DNA from: Stegostoma tigrinum
Lineage: Eukaryota
Length of the DNA: 64,000 nt
Direction of reading: 5' to 3'
Assembly: GCF_030684315.1 (NCBI RefSeq)
Contig: NC_081383.1
Span: 43,849,912-43,913,911, forward strand
This document shows, in pieces, positions 13,047 to 25,524 of the stretch; position 1 is the first letter of the stretch; the number at the start of each line of letters is the position of its first letter. The notes under the pieces were generated by a model. That model was not told the origin of the DNA. It worked only from the letters and a program-made list of their open reading frames with translations, and did not search any database. The position numbers were made by a program, and so were the translations under genes.

Positions 13047-13359
13047 GTAAGTTGCCTTTTATTGCTTTATTTTTGAAATGTTACACTGGATATTACAGTG
13101 CTATACAGTCATTTTGTATTAACCAGTCCCCTAGCCAAGGACTGCCCTCGAGCTGCATATTCCTCCAAAAACATTCATCTTGTTCAAGTCAGAACTAAAA
13201 TGGACTTGGTATCGGCATGAAACAAAATGTCCAATTTTGTGACAGAGAAACTGCAGTCCATATTGAAAGATACCCAGCTACATAGTCAAAGGCAACAAAA
13301 TATCCAGAGCACTTAGGCCATTACTTAGTACTGGTCATTGTTATTTTTGTTCCTCACAG

Positions 13360-13447
13360 GTGCTGGAGTTGCACTGATCTCCAACTTTGAGCAGCTGATT
13401 CGTGGAGTCTGGAAGCCTGACACAAATGAGTTTCTCAATATGTCCTT
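13360..13447 (+). CDS. TMEM38A: TMEM38A-like TRIC channel, coding exon 4 (88 nt)
   Basis: Acceptor tcctcacag| and donor |gtaagt. Encodes [29 protein letters not shown](F). Confidence 0.95.
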
Positions 13448-13988
13448 GTAAGTGAAAATTACAGCACAAAATAAAAGGGCAGCATATTTTACAACCTGAG
13501 CAATTTAGTAAAAGAAAATGAATGTTTGAAGTATGGACTGTAAAGTGGCAACAAATTAACTCAAACCTGGTTTGTGCTGCCATTCAAAGCTCCTTAGCAC
13601 CTCTTTAGTATTTCCAAGTAGAGGAATTAATGGTGCAGTATTTGGATACCGTGACATGTGCAAGTTCAGTCCTGTTCTCCGGATATGGAAAGACAAGAAG
13701 GATGGGGAAATGGGGGAGTTGGTGGAGGGTAATGGTAAGGACATTGAGCAAAGACAAGGTGCCTCTCCACAAGGAAACAGAAGAGTAATGAACAGCATTG
13801 CTGCTGATCTGAAACCTTTTAGCAGAATCTGAAGGCAGATAATCCACTGGGCTTTTCAATTATAAAAGTAGCTCATCCAAAAGTGGGAAACTGATTGCAC
13901 AAAAATGGTCACTAAAAAAAAAAACAAAAATGGAGACATTACACAACTAACAAAACTAACTGTACATTTTTATTCTGATCTCTTATAG

Positions 13989-14106
13989 CCCAACAAAAGC
14001 TAGTTTGGTTGGAGCTGTTGTCTTCACCCTACAGCAGGCCCGCTGGCTTCCCATATCCAAACACAATATCGTCTTCCTGTTCACCATCTTTATGGTTGTT
14101 ACGAAG
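13989..14106 (+). CDS. TMEM38A: TMEM38A-like TRIC channel, coding exon 5 (118 nt)
   Basis: Acceptor tcttatag| and donor |gtaaat. Encodes [39 protein letters not shown]. Confidence 0.95.
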
Positions 14107-15089
14107 GTAAATATATCTTTTCAATTGACTAAAATAAAAACAGGTTTAAGCTATGTGATATGCTATGCAAGTGGATGCAAGAGTGTTACTTTCCTTTCCA
14201 ATCTAAAGTTTATGAAAGATTAAAATATTGAAACTCAATATTGATTGTGACTAAAAACTTCCAGTGTTTCTTTCAGTATATTAAAACATTGTCAATTAAG
14301 ATACTTTTGTCTTTATTCATTCATGGAATGAGAGTCACTGGCAATATGAATATTCATCAGTTCATTCCTTATTGGCCTCAAGAAGGTGGTCCACTACTAG
14401 CTGGTCAACTGTCGTGGTCCAAGTGGTGTGCACACATGCAAAGTACAGTTAGATAGGGAGATGCAGGATTTCCAGTTCCAGGCCCATTAATTGTAAAGGG
14501 TGATGTTTCAGTCAGGGACAGATTTGCACAGGATGGTGTTCCTGGATGCCTGAAGGCTTTGTCCTGTTAGGTAATAGAGGTTATAGGCATGAAATTCTGT
14601 CAAAGGAGCCTTGGTAATTCGATGAAGTGCATCTTGTAGATCGAAGACAATGCTGCCACAGTATGCCAGTGAGATTCTATCATTATGATTACTTTTGGCT
14701 CAAGGCTCTTTTCACTATGAAGTTATTAATTAATCCTGCATCATTAAACATTACTAGGTCTTAAAAACCTTGCTTCTGGTTGACACTGAACATACTCCAA
14801 GAAATAATCCAAAAAATTCTGTGCCAGTGTTGTACCAATTAATTTACCAATACACAATGCTACCAAAATAACAAATCATACTACTACTACTGGGATGACA
14901 CTAATTTGGTGATTGTTTCATAAACAGAAGCAACAAGATTCACCACACCAGTCAATAACAGTTTTTTTAAAAATCCAGAGATGAATATACTGAGATTTTC
15001 ACCATACATTGCAAATCGCAGTAAGAGGATACAATAAGGGCTATAGATGTAGGCAGCAAGTTTAAAAAAAAGACAAAACATAGATGTCC

Positions 15090-15385
15090 CCACCTCCTTG
15101 ACCTGATGCAACCAGTCCATCCCATTCTCACCTATCTGCTCCACCCCTCCCATTGACCAATCTCTACAGCCCCCATTCTGCATCCAACTATTACTATCCC
15201 ACTTACCATCCCCCAGCTTCCCTCACCCTCCCTCTATTTATTTCCAAGCTCCCTTCCCCCTCCCCAGTCTTGATGAAGGATCCTGACCCAAAACATTGAC
15301 TTTACTGCACCTCAGATGCTGTCTGACCTGCTGTGCTCCTCCAGCTCCACATTTTTTTGACTCTGACTTCCAACATCTGCAGCAC
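15090..15385 (+). mobile_element. Penelope pLTR fragment, degenerate
   Basis: C-rich tract followed by TGATGAAGGATCCTGACCCAAAACATTGAC and CCTGCTGTGCTCCTCCAGCTCC, homologous to 32500-32870. Confidence 0.7.
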
Positions 15386-15779
15386 GTGCTATGTTCTAGA
15401 CAAACTCTGTATCAGATGGAGTTTAATACAGGTAAGTCAGCTCAATAGGTCAGATCAAATAACAAGTCTGCTGTGGTCAAGGGGCCATAATCTGAACCAT
15501 TCTGGAATGATATCACGAAAAATATTTTCACACAAAGGGTACTGGAAATCTTGACCTCTGCCCAAAAACACTGCCAATGCTGTATCATTCACTAGATTTT
15601 TCTTAGTGAAGCAGAGTTCAGGTGCAGATCAACCAAGATCTAACTGAGTAGTGGAACATACTTCACTGCCTAATTCCTATTCCAAACTTGCAAATGACTA
15701 AAATAATGTGAGAAAAATAACGAATGTTAAAAATAAATGGATATCTCTAGCTATTGTATTTTTACATCTATCATTCTAG

Positions 15780-16010
15780 GTATTCATGACAGCAACACAT
15801 TCCCATGGATCACCTTTCGCTCCACTTGAAGCCTTTATTTGCCCTATTATCTTTGGGAATGCCTGTGGTACCTATGATGATCATGATCGTGTCTGCTCTC
15901 GTGACAATATACAGAGCTGCACCCCTTGCAATCTGTCTCCGTACTCAGCCAAGACAAAGGAGGAACTTAATGAAGGGACAAGGAAGAAGAAATGCAAAAA
16001 GACTGAATAA
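15780..16010 (+). CDS. TMEM38A: TMEM38A-like TRIC channel, last coding exon 6
   Basis: Acceptor cattctag| then VFMTATHSHGSPFAPLEAFICPIIFGNACG...AKTKEELNEGTRKKKCKKTE*, matching TMEM38A ...AKSKEELSEGSRKKKAKKAD. Ends in a KKxx ER-retrieval motif. Confidence 0.95.
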   Translation, partial: VFMTATHSHGSPFAPLEAFICPIIFGNACGTYDDHDRVCSRDNIQSCTPCNLSPYSAKTKEELNEGTRKKKCKKTE

Positions 16011-16991
16011 GTGATATGACTCCCACCACAGTTATCAAGGCGTGCAGAAAGTGCAATTTCTGGGACTTAATGTGATCTGGAAACTGTTACTATGAGGAAA
16101 ATCGACATAATTGTACTCATACAGTCTACTAGGGTTTGCGTTTGAGCTTGTCTGTCTCATTAAATGGAAAGAAAAATGTGAACAAACAGTAGTTAGCCTA
16201 TCCTTCCCAAGGATGTATTTCCTCATCAAGTTCCATCTAGATAAAGCAGACAGCATTAGTATGGTAATGATTTATCAATGTCTTTGAATGACCATTCAGC
16301 TACACAATGTGAAGAAAATGATAATAGTCATTTTCTTTTCCAAAATTGATGGAGTGTATTGTTGGAACAATGTAAGAGGAAATGTTTTATTCACATCTAG
16401 CCAACACTGTATTAGATTGGAGAGAACTTTATTTTGTCACCATTTGTAAAAGCATACATAAATTCTATATTCCAGCAGGATTATGTCAGACTTTGGACTG
16501 GACAGCCAAAAGTCAAAATGGAGGTGCTATAAATACCAACTAGTGGTAAAGTGAAATGACCTCTGCTGATAATTAGAGCACCTGCATTGTTCTCATTCTG
16601 GACTCACAGTGGAAATGCAGACACTAACTCCAGTACAGACAGTGGAGCTGTGACAAACAAAAGGTCAAAGTTTCCATTGAATAATAGACAGCGGAATGCC
16701 ACATGTATGTGTTAACTACTAGTTCAGCAACATCTATTGCATAAAGTGCAACAGCTGTATCTGTTCCACAAATATTTGCCAAAATACCACTTCAGGAAAA
16801 TTCAGGCCGAAAGTAGGTCAACGTGCCTTGTTTTAAAAATGAGAACCGCATTCTCCTGTAATTCTGTACAAACATGCACAAAACAATCTTTATCAGGTGA
16901 ATGTAGAGAGTATTCCATTGTTGCCAAAAAATAAATTGTAAGGAAATGTGTTATATTTGTGGTCTTCCAAGAAATGAAACAGATGTAATAT

Positions 16992-17004
16992 AATAAAGAT
17001 TAAA
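16992..17004 (+). terminator. Candidate polyadenylation signals of the TMEM38 gene (AATAAA + ATTAAA)
   Basis: AATAAA at 16992 and ATTAAA at 16999, about 1 kb after the stop, followed by a T-rich tract. Another AATAAA lies near 16930. Confidence 0.45.
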
Positions 17005-17571
17005 TATAAGACATTTTATGTTTATTGAAATATATTAAATGCCCCTTATCTGCTATGTTTTCTACAACAAAATTCACTAGTTATCAAACAATATTGCCCA
17101 AATATTCATGCCTGTGTATGTTGGAATGTAAATTGGGATTTAAAAATAGTGCCAGGACATGTCTCCAGGATTCCCACCTCTCACGTGGGATTTTTATAAC
17201 CCTAAGAAAAGATCGCGGGTAGTACAACTTCACTACTGCACTAAGCAATCACCTGCCTGCCTAAAAATTGAGAGGGGGGAATTTCAGATGCCCTTCCATT
17301 TTCATGGAGTCAGGTTTATTTTGGTAATTCTGGTTTACTGCACCTTGGAGGAGAAATGAACCACAGGGAGAACTCAGTCCCAAGTGGGTAAACAAAAAAA
17401 AAATCATCCGGTCCTTGAGTTCTTTTCTCACAAGATTTTGAAATAAAAAGAAAAATCTTCTTGCAGTCTTCAGTAGTTAAATACTGTGTGATAAGCTAAA
17501 TGTGCTTTTTTCCTTCTTGAGTTGTTAACCTATAGGGTTTTGTCCTGCATAGATAAGTTGATTATTACATT

Positions 17572-18560
17572 AAGAACATACAACAGTACAGCACAGTACT
17601 GGCTCTTTGGCCCACATGTTGTGTTGACCTAATAACCTACTCCAAGATCAAAACTAAGCTATATACCCTTCATTTTACTATCATCCATGCGCCCATCCAA
17701 CAGCCTCTTAAATGTTCCTAATGTATCTGACTCTACTACCACTGCTGGCAGTGCATTTCATCCACCTACCACTCTCTGTGTAAAGAACCTATCTCTGACA
17801 TCTCCCCATACCTTCCTCCAATCACCTTAAAATTATGCCCCCTTGTGAGAGTCATTTCCACCTTGGGAAGAAGTATCTGGCTATCCACTCTATCTATGCC
17901 TCTCATCATCTTGTACACCTCTATCAAGTCACCTCTCATCCTATTTTGCTCCAATGAGAAAAGCCATTGCTCCCTCAACCTTTCCTCATAAGACCTGCCC
18001 TCCATTCCAGGCTGCATCCTGGTAAATCACCTCTGCACCCTCTCTAAAGCTTCCACATCCTTTCCATAATGAGGCGACCAGAGCAGAACACAATATTCCA
18101 AGTGTGGTTTAGCCAGGGTTTTATAGAGCTGCAGCACAACCTCGCAGCTGTTAAACTCAATCCCCTGCCAATGAAAGCCGAAACACCATATGCCTTCTTA
18201 ACAACCCATCAATTTTGAGGGATCTACAGAGATGACAATAGACAATAGGTGGAGTAGGCCATTCAGCCCTTCAAGCCAGCACCCAAGATCCCTCTGCTCC
18301 TCCACAAAGCCAAGAATCCTACCATTAACCTGTACTTTGCATTCAAATTCGATCTTCCAAAATAAATCACTTCACATTTTTCCCGGATTGAATTCCATCT
18401 GCCTCTTCTTTATCCAGCTCTGCATCCTGACAATGTCCCACTGCAACCTACAACAATCCTCCACATTATCCACAACTCCACCAACCTTCATGTCATCAGC
18501 AAACTCAATAACCCACCCTTTGAATTCCTCATCCAAGTCATTTATAAAGATCACATTGAC
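17572..18560 (-). mobile_element. CR1 LINE 3' portion (RT domain to 3' end)
   Basis: ORFs 18372-18581 (FINDLDEE...FADDMKVGGVVD) and 17766-18017 (SYEERLRE..LFSLEQNRMRGDLIEVYKMMRG). Confidence 0.9.
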
Positions 18561-19005
18561 ACCATTGTACAACTGTAACATTACAGTGCTTTTTTTTGAC
18601 AGAGAAAACTGCCTAGGCTCGAAACATCAGCTTTTGTGCTCTTAAGATGCTTGCTTGGCCTGCTGTGTTCATCCAGCTCCACACTTTGTTATGTTGAATA
18701 ACTGTGTTATGTTTGAACTGGGATTTAAATGTTCAGGGATCTTGAGCTATATGGATAATGCCTCTGCTGTTGAAAGTTTTTGAAAAATCTAAGCTGTTGT
18801 GTTTCATTAATTGGTGTGCAACACTATCATTATTTTTACGGGCTCCTCTTGAGATTTTCCCAGGGGCTATTTTTTGATTTCCACGGGTTACCTTTTCATT
18901 CTCACTAACTTACATATTGGGTCGTTTGGTCATGACCTGCTGTAATTGTGGTGATTTATGGGCATCTGGGCTCAACAGAAGCAGAGTTAGAAGAATTCAC
19001 AAATA

Positions 19006-19130
19006 CATAGAACATAGAACATAGAACATTACGGCACAGCACAGGCCCTTCAGCCTTTGATGTTGTGCCGACCTGTCATACCAATCTGAAGCCCATCTAA
19101 CCTACACTATTCTATATACATCCATGTCCT
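19006..19130 (-). mobile_element. CR1 3' tail with (CATAGAA)n microsatellite
   Basis: catagaacatagaacatagaacat at 19006-19029 next to CR1 3'UTR-like sequence. Confidence 0.65.
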
Positions 19131-21295
19131 CAATTATCAGCCCTCCATTAAATTTAAAAGCACAACGCAAAGAAAACATAAATTTACAAGAGTATTTCAA
19201 TTAGCAAAAGACCACAGGCATAAGGTAGCAATTTATTTTCCAAATAACTGACACTTTTTTGACACATATAAAGCCATGTGATTGCACTAGAGAGGTTGCT
19301 GAAGAGATTCACCAGGATGTTGCCATGAACAAAAGCAGGATGAACAAAAACCAGCTATTCCCCTTAGTTAAAGGGCCATTAACAAGGGGATATAATTATA
19401 GGTGAAAGGCAGGATGTTTAGCAAACGTTTGAGGAAAACATTTTTTCACCCAGAGAGTGGTGGGGGTCTGGGTAGTTGAAAACCCCTGAAACTTGATTTT
19501 CAATTTCAAAATCTTCTTTGAATCCAAATACGGCAAAGTTTTCAAAGCCACTGCTCCCAACCTACAAAAAAAAACTACATGCATCATAAAAGATGCCTAC
19601 AAGTCATCTATATGATGCCAATAAACTACAGCATTTGATTTTAACTGAAGCCAGCCCAATTTCAATAAGATAGGCCTTATTAAGAATTTAGGCCAGATAC
19701 ACATATATTTAACATTTTTTCTGGATTTTAAAAAATTCTCACTGTTTCCAGCTATTAAAAAAAATTTAACCCTTTATCTCCTGCCATAAAAGATGTAATT
19801 GACCCTGTCATCTTCACTGGTGCCTGTTAAAATGTTTCTGGGCAACAACTTGTCCTTTTATTTAAAAATTTTCAAATGCTTCTACAACATCAGCCTCAAA
19901 ACAACCTATAAACAGGAGCTTGTTTGGATGAGGCTGATATGTAAGGAATGAAAGCTAGATTCTCCGGAATGATTAAAGAGACAAAGTAAAATGAACAAAA
20001 AAAAGGGAATGTGTGGCAGTTGTCAGGTTGTAATACAACAAAGAACAAGGCTAATGGTAGCAAATTCAGAAGGGAAGTGAATATAATGAAACACAAAAGT
20101 TTAAGAGAAGACTTCTACTAAAATGGAAGGGAATTCACATATCTTCTACCAGCATAAAGTGTATGGATTCAATTAAGAACCAATTCATTCAGTATCAAAA
20201 AGGATAGGACATTTAGTTGAGACACTAAATAAGTAATAATGGGGCCTTAAAACTTATCCATTCTACTTTATGTACACTGATCTGACTTCTTGATCTCCTC
20301 CCAGAAATATGTGTTCTCCTTGTCCTCTCTTATTTCCTCTCCATATTCGTTATCCACTAAGTTTTACCCACACCCCTAGAGCAATGCCACTGCTACATTT
20401 TTTCCTTACCTTCCCACTTCTTTCTTCATTCAAAGAAAGTGATCCTTCTACAATACTCAGATTGATTCCTCAGTCATCCTGATATGATCCTTTCAGGAGG
20501 CATAATATTTGCCTTTTTATTGGGTGAAACAGCAACTTACTTGTACTTTGATTTGGTATACCCTGTACTGGCTGCTCATGACATTGTCTCCTCTACAAAA
20601 GAGAGACCATTCTGTTCACAAATGTTGTAGAAGCCAAAGAAAACCCAACAAAATGGAGAAAATAAACTGAGGGTAAACAATAAGTCAAAATCCAAGAGGG
20701 AAGATGGGAAAAAGTGGCTGTAAGAGCCACTCCTCTTTTTATTTTGAGGTATTTTTAGTGTTGGACCCGCTTTCTTCAAATTCCAGGAACAGTAATTACT
20801 GTTTTATAAGCTGTTGCATTGCTTTGGAACTTTATGGAAAAAGGATCAAAACAATGGCCTTTTTAAAAAAGCAGGAAGACAGACAAAGGGCAGTGACTAC
20901 ATTGGCAGTGACTCAAACAGAGAACGAAACCTACACTGCTGTCTCACCCAGCAGTAACCTGCACAGCTGCTACCTTTGCAGTCTGTTTTCAAGTATCAAT
21001 GAGTTAGTTCTAAGAAAAATAAACAAACAGCGAAATTCACAGCTGGCTTTGGAAAAATCTGTGTGTAGGACCTCACAGCAGGAGAGCAGCAAAGTGGCTT
21101 TTTAATGTGTAACCTTACTGGTTTTTTTGTAAATGTACAATAATGAGTAGAGTGAGTTATTTTTATTATAGGTTATTGAGATCCCTCTCTTGGCTAAACT
21201 TTAAAAGTATAAAAACACAAGTACTAAGTCTGCAGCAGTATTTTTAGAGCAATAAGATTGTGCTATTTTCAGAGTCTGTAGATTAAGGTGCAAAT

Positions 21296-24200
21296 ATGGC
21301 CTTCAGTAGACTGACCTGTTCTTCTTGTTGGATGTGGGAGATTAGGGACAGTTTCCATGTTACTGGTGATCATGTCTGTAGGAAGTCTGTTTGGTTGTGA
21401 ATCCTACTGGATCACATGGATTGGTTGGAGCGGCAGTTAGAGGCAGTGAAGAATTTACAGGAGCTGGGAATGTGATGGATAGCAGTTGCAGGGAGGGAGA
21501 TAAACTGAAGTTGCAGTCAAGTAGTTGAGTCACCTCCAGAAAAGGTAGGAAGGGAGGCAGGTACTGCAGGAGTCTCCTGTGGCTCTCATCTCAAACAAGT
21601 ATGCTGTTTTGGAAAATGTAGGGAATGATGGATTCTTAGAGGAATGTAGCCAACTTTCTGGTACCAACACTGGCTGTAAGGTAATGAGGAGTATGCCAGG
21701 TTGCAAGCAATTAACTGTGATAGGGGACTCTCTAATTACAGGCACATACAGAAGATGCTGCCGACAGCGAGACATCAGAATGGTATGTTGTCTCCCTGAA
21801 GACTGTATTAAAGATATGTCTGAGAGGGTGCAGAATATGCTCAAAGGGGAGAGGGACCAGCAGACGGCCATTGTACACATCGGAACTAACGGCATAGGAA
21901 GTGAAAAAGACAAGATTCTGAGGAGAGAGAAGTTAGGCAGGAATTTAAGAAGCAGTCCCTCAAGAGTAGTAATATGTGGACTACTGCCACGGCCATGTGC
22001 TAGTGAGGATAGGAATAGGAGAATAGAACAGATGAATGCAAGGCTCAGGAGCTGGTGCAGGGGAAAAGGATTCACATTTTTGGATCACTGGAATGTCTTC
22101 TGGAGTAGAAGTGACCTGTATAAGAAGGACAGACTGCACCCGAGTTGGGAGGGAACTAATATACAGGCGAGGAGACTTGCTTGAGCTGCTCGGGAGGATT
22201 TAAACTAGTAAAGGGGGGCAGGGGTGGGGCAGTGGCGAGGGGACCCAGGAAGATAGTGAGGAAAGTGATCAGTCTGAGACTGGTAGAGTTGGGAAAAAGA
22301 GTAAGTCAAATAGACAGGGAAGGCAAGAACACTGTTGAGAACACGGTAAGAATGATAAATTAAACTGCATGTATCTCAATGTAAGAGGATGAACAGGTAA
22401 GGCAGATGAACTCAGGACATGGTAAGGAACATGGGCCTGGGATATAATAGCTCGGGGATGGATGGGATTGGCAGTTTAATGCTCCAGGGTCTAGATACTA
22501 TAGGAAGGATTGAAAGGGGGGCAAGAGACAGGGGACTGGCATTTTTGATTAGGGATAACACTATGGTTGTATTTAGTGAGGATATCCTTTGGAATATGTA
22601 CAGGCTAGTTATTTGTGTGGACCTGAGAAATGAGATCACCTTATTGGGATTGTACTATAGACCCCACAATAGTCAGTGGGAAACAGATTTGTAAGGAGGT
22701 CTCAGTTACCTGTAAAAATAATATGGTGGTTATGATAAAGGATTTTAATTTTCCAAACATAGACTGGGACTGCCATACTGTTAAGGGCTTGGATGGAGAG
22801 GAATTTGTTAAGTGTATACAAGAAAATTTTCTGATTCAGTATGTGGATGTATCTACTCGAGAAGGTGCAAAACCTGACCTACTGTGGGGAAATAAGGCCA
22901 GAAAGGTGACTGATGTGTCTGTGGGGGAGCACTTTGAGGCCAGTGACTATATTTCTGTTAGTTTTAAAATAGTGATGGAAAAGGATAGGCCGGATCTAAA
23001 AGTTAAAATTCTAAAGTGGAGGAAGGCCAATTTTGACAGTATTAGGCAAGAACTTTCAAAAGTTGTTTGGGGTGGGGGGCAGATGATTGCAGGTAAAGGG
23101 ATGGCTGGAAAATGGGAAGCCTTCAAAAATGAGATAACAAGAGTCCAGACACAGTATGTTCCTGTTAGGATGATGGGCAGGGCTGGAAGGTGTAGGGAAT
23201 GCTGGATGACTCGAGAAATTGAGGTTTTCATCAAGAGTAAGGCGGCATCATATGGCAGGTATAGATAGCAGAAATCTGTGATTCCCTAGAAGAGTATAAA
23301 AACAGTAGGAGTACATTTAAGAGGGAAACCAGGAGGGCGAAAAGGAGATATGAGATAGCTTTGGCAATTAGGGTTCAGGAGAATCCAAAGGGATTCTACA
23401 AATACATTAAGGACAAAAGGGTAACAGGGAGAGAAACAGGGCCCCTTAAAGATCAGCAAGACCATCTATGTGTGGAACTGCAGGAGTTGGGGGAGATACT
23501 AAACGAGTATTTTACATCAGTGTTTACTGTGGAGAAGGATATGGAAGATAGAGAACATGTGGACATAAATAGCAACAGCTTGAAAAACATCCATATTACA
23601 GATGAGGTGTTGGACATTTTAAAATACATAAAAGTGAATAAATCCCTGGGAATTGATCAGTTGTACCCTAGATCTCTGTGGGAATAGAATAGGGAATCCC
23701 TACAACAGAGAAAAAGCCCCTCAGCCCAACAAGTCCACACCGACCGTCTGAAGGGCATCACACACAGATCCATCACCCATCTAATATTTCCCCATGGCTA
23801 ACACATTTAATGTACACATCTCCGGTGACTATGCGGTAATTTAGCATAGTCAATCCAACCAGCTTGCACGTCTCTGGACTGTGGGAGGAAACCAGAGCAC
23901 CCAGAAGAAATCACGCAGACACGAGGAGAATGTGCAAATACCACACAGACAGTCGCCCAAGGGGGGAATTGAACGCTGGTCCTAGTCACTGTGAGGTAGC
24001 AGTGCTAACCACTGAGCCACCATGCAACCCCCAGGGAAGCTAAGGAAGAGAATGCTGAACCCCTTGCTGTGATATTTGTGTCATTGAGGGTGAGGTGCCC
24101 GAAGACTGGAGATTAGTTAATGTGGTGCCACTATTTAAGAAAGGTGATAGGAAAAGCCAAGGAACTGTAGACTGGTAAGCTTGACATTGGTGGTGGGCAA

Positions 24201-25521
24201 GTTGTTGGTGGGAATCCAGAGGGACAGGAGTTATATGTATTTGGAAAAGCAAGGACTGATTAGGGATAGTCAACATAGCTTTGTGCATGGGAAATCTTGT
24301 TTCATAAATTTGATTGAGTTTTTTGAAGAAGTTACAAAGAGGATTGATGAGGGCAGAGCTGTGAACATGATCTATATGGACTTCAGTAAGGCATTCAACA
24401 AGGTTCCTCATGGTAAACTGGTTAACAAGGTCAGATCACACGGAATACGGGGAGAATTGACTACTTGGATACAGAACTGGCTCGAAGGTAGAAGATGGGG
24501 CGAGAGCGAAGGGTTGCTTTTCAGACTGGAGGCCTGAGACCAGTGGTGTGCCACAAGGTTCAGTGCTAAGTCCACTGCTTTTTGTCATTTATAAAAATGA
24601 CTTGGATGTGAATGTAGGAGGCATGGTGAGTAAGTTTGCAGATGACAGCAAAGTTGGAGGTGTAGTGGACAGCGAACACAATTACCTCAGAGAACACATG
24701 GGCCAATGGGCCCAGGAGTAGCAGATGGAGTTTAATTTAGATAAACGTGAGGTGCCAAATTTTGGAAAGGCAAATCAAGGCAGGACTTATACACTTAATG
24801 GTAAGGCCCTGGGGAACGTTGTTGAACAAAGAGACCTTGAAGTGCAGATTTGCAGTTCCTTCAAAGTGGAGTCACAGGTGGAGAGGATAGTGAAGGCAGC
24901 ATTTGGTATGCTTGCCTTTATTGGTCAGTGCATTGAGTATAGGAGTTGGGAGGTCATGTTGCAACTATACAGGACATTGGTGAGGCCACTATTGGAATAC
25001 TGCATGCAATCTTCATCTCCCTGCTACAGGAAGGACGTTGTGAACCTTCAAAGAGTTCAGAAAATATCTATATGGATGTTGCTAGGGTTGGAGGCTTCAG
25101 CTACAGGCAGAAGCCAAATTGACTCTGGCTATTTCCCCTGGAGCATCGGAGGCTGAGGGGTGACACTTATAAAATCATGAGGGGCATGCATAGAACAAAT
25201 AGACAAGGTCTTTTCCCCAAGGGTCTATAACAAGAGGGCAAAGGTTTAAGGTGAGAGGGAAAAGATATTAACAGGGCTTAAGGACAGCTTTGTCACACAG
25301 AAAGTGGTGCATGTATAGAATGAGCTGCCAGAGATAGTGCTGGAGGCTGGTACAATGACAACATTTACAAAGCATCTGGATAGGTATACGAAAAAGACAG
25401 GTTTACAGGAATAAGGGCTAAATGCTGGCAAATGGGACTAGATTTATTTAGGATTTCTGGGCTGGCGTGGACGAGTTAGACTGAAAGGTCTGTTTCCATG
25501 CTGTACATCTCTATGACTCTA
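21296..25521 (+). mobile_element. Near full-length, inactivated CR1/HER1-type LINE (ORF1 zinc finger + SGNH esterase; ORF2 APE endonuclease + RT)
   Basis: ORF1 from ATG 21296 (CSSC..CRK; VIGDSL..., VHIGTN, DRLHPS). ORF2 APE (KDFNFPNIDW, SDY) and RT ([32 protein letters not shown]). 3' tail ctctatgactcta. Many stops and frameshifts. The 5'UTR may extend to about 20700. Confidence 0.92.
23686..24034 (-). mobile_element. HE1-type SINE inserted into CR1 ORF2
   Basis: Minus-strand head ATGGTGGCTCAGTGGTTAGCACTGCT. It interrupts the CR1 frame at YPRSLWE|A, with GGGAA repeated on both sides. Confidence 0.85.
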
Positions 25522-25524
25522 CAT

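Noticed and set aside
13047-13198. C-terminal extension of ORF 12905-13198, and the similar extension at 14107-14223
   Set aside because: Read-through into introns past canonical GT donors; TMEM38 similarity stops at the donors.
15805-16014. Overlapping alternative-frame hydrophobic ORF (69 aa)
   Set aside because: Shadow frame of the TMEM38 last exon with no independent support.
21579-22184. SGNH/GDSL esterase-like ORF as a host or horizontally acquired enzyme
   Set aside because: It is the standard esterase domain of CR1 ORF1, followed directly by APE-RT.
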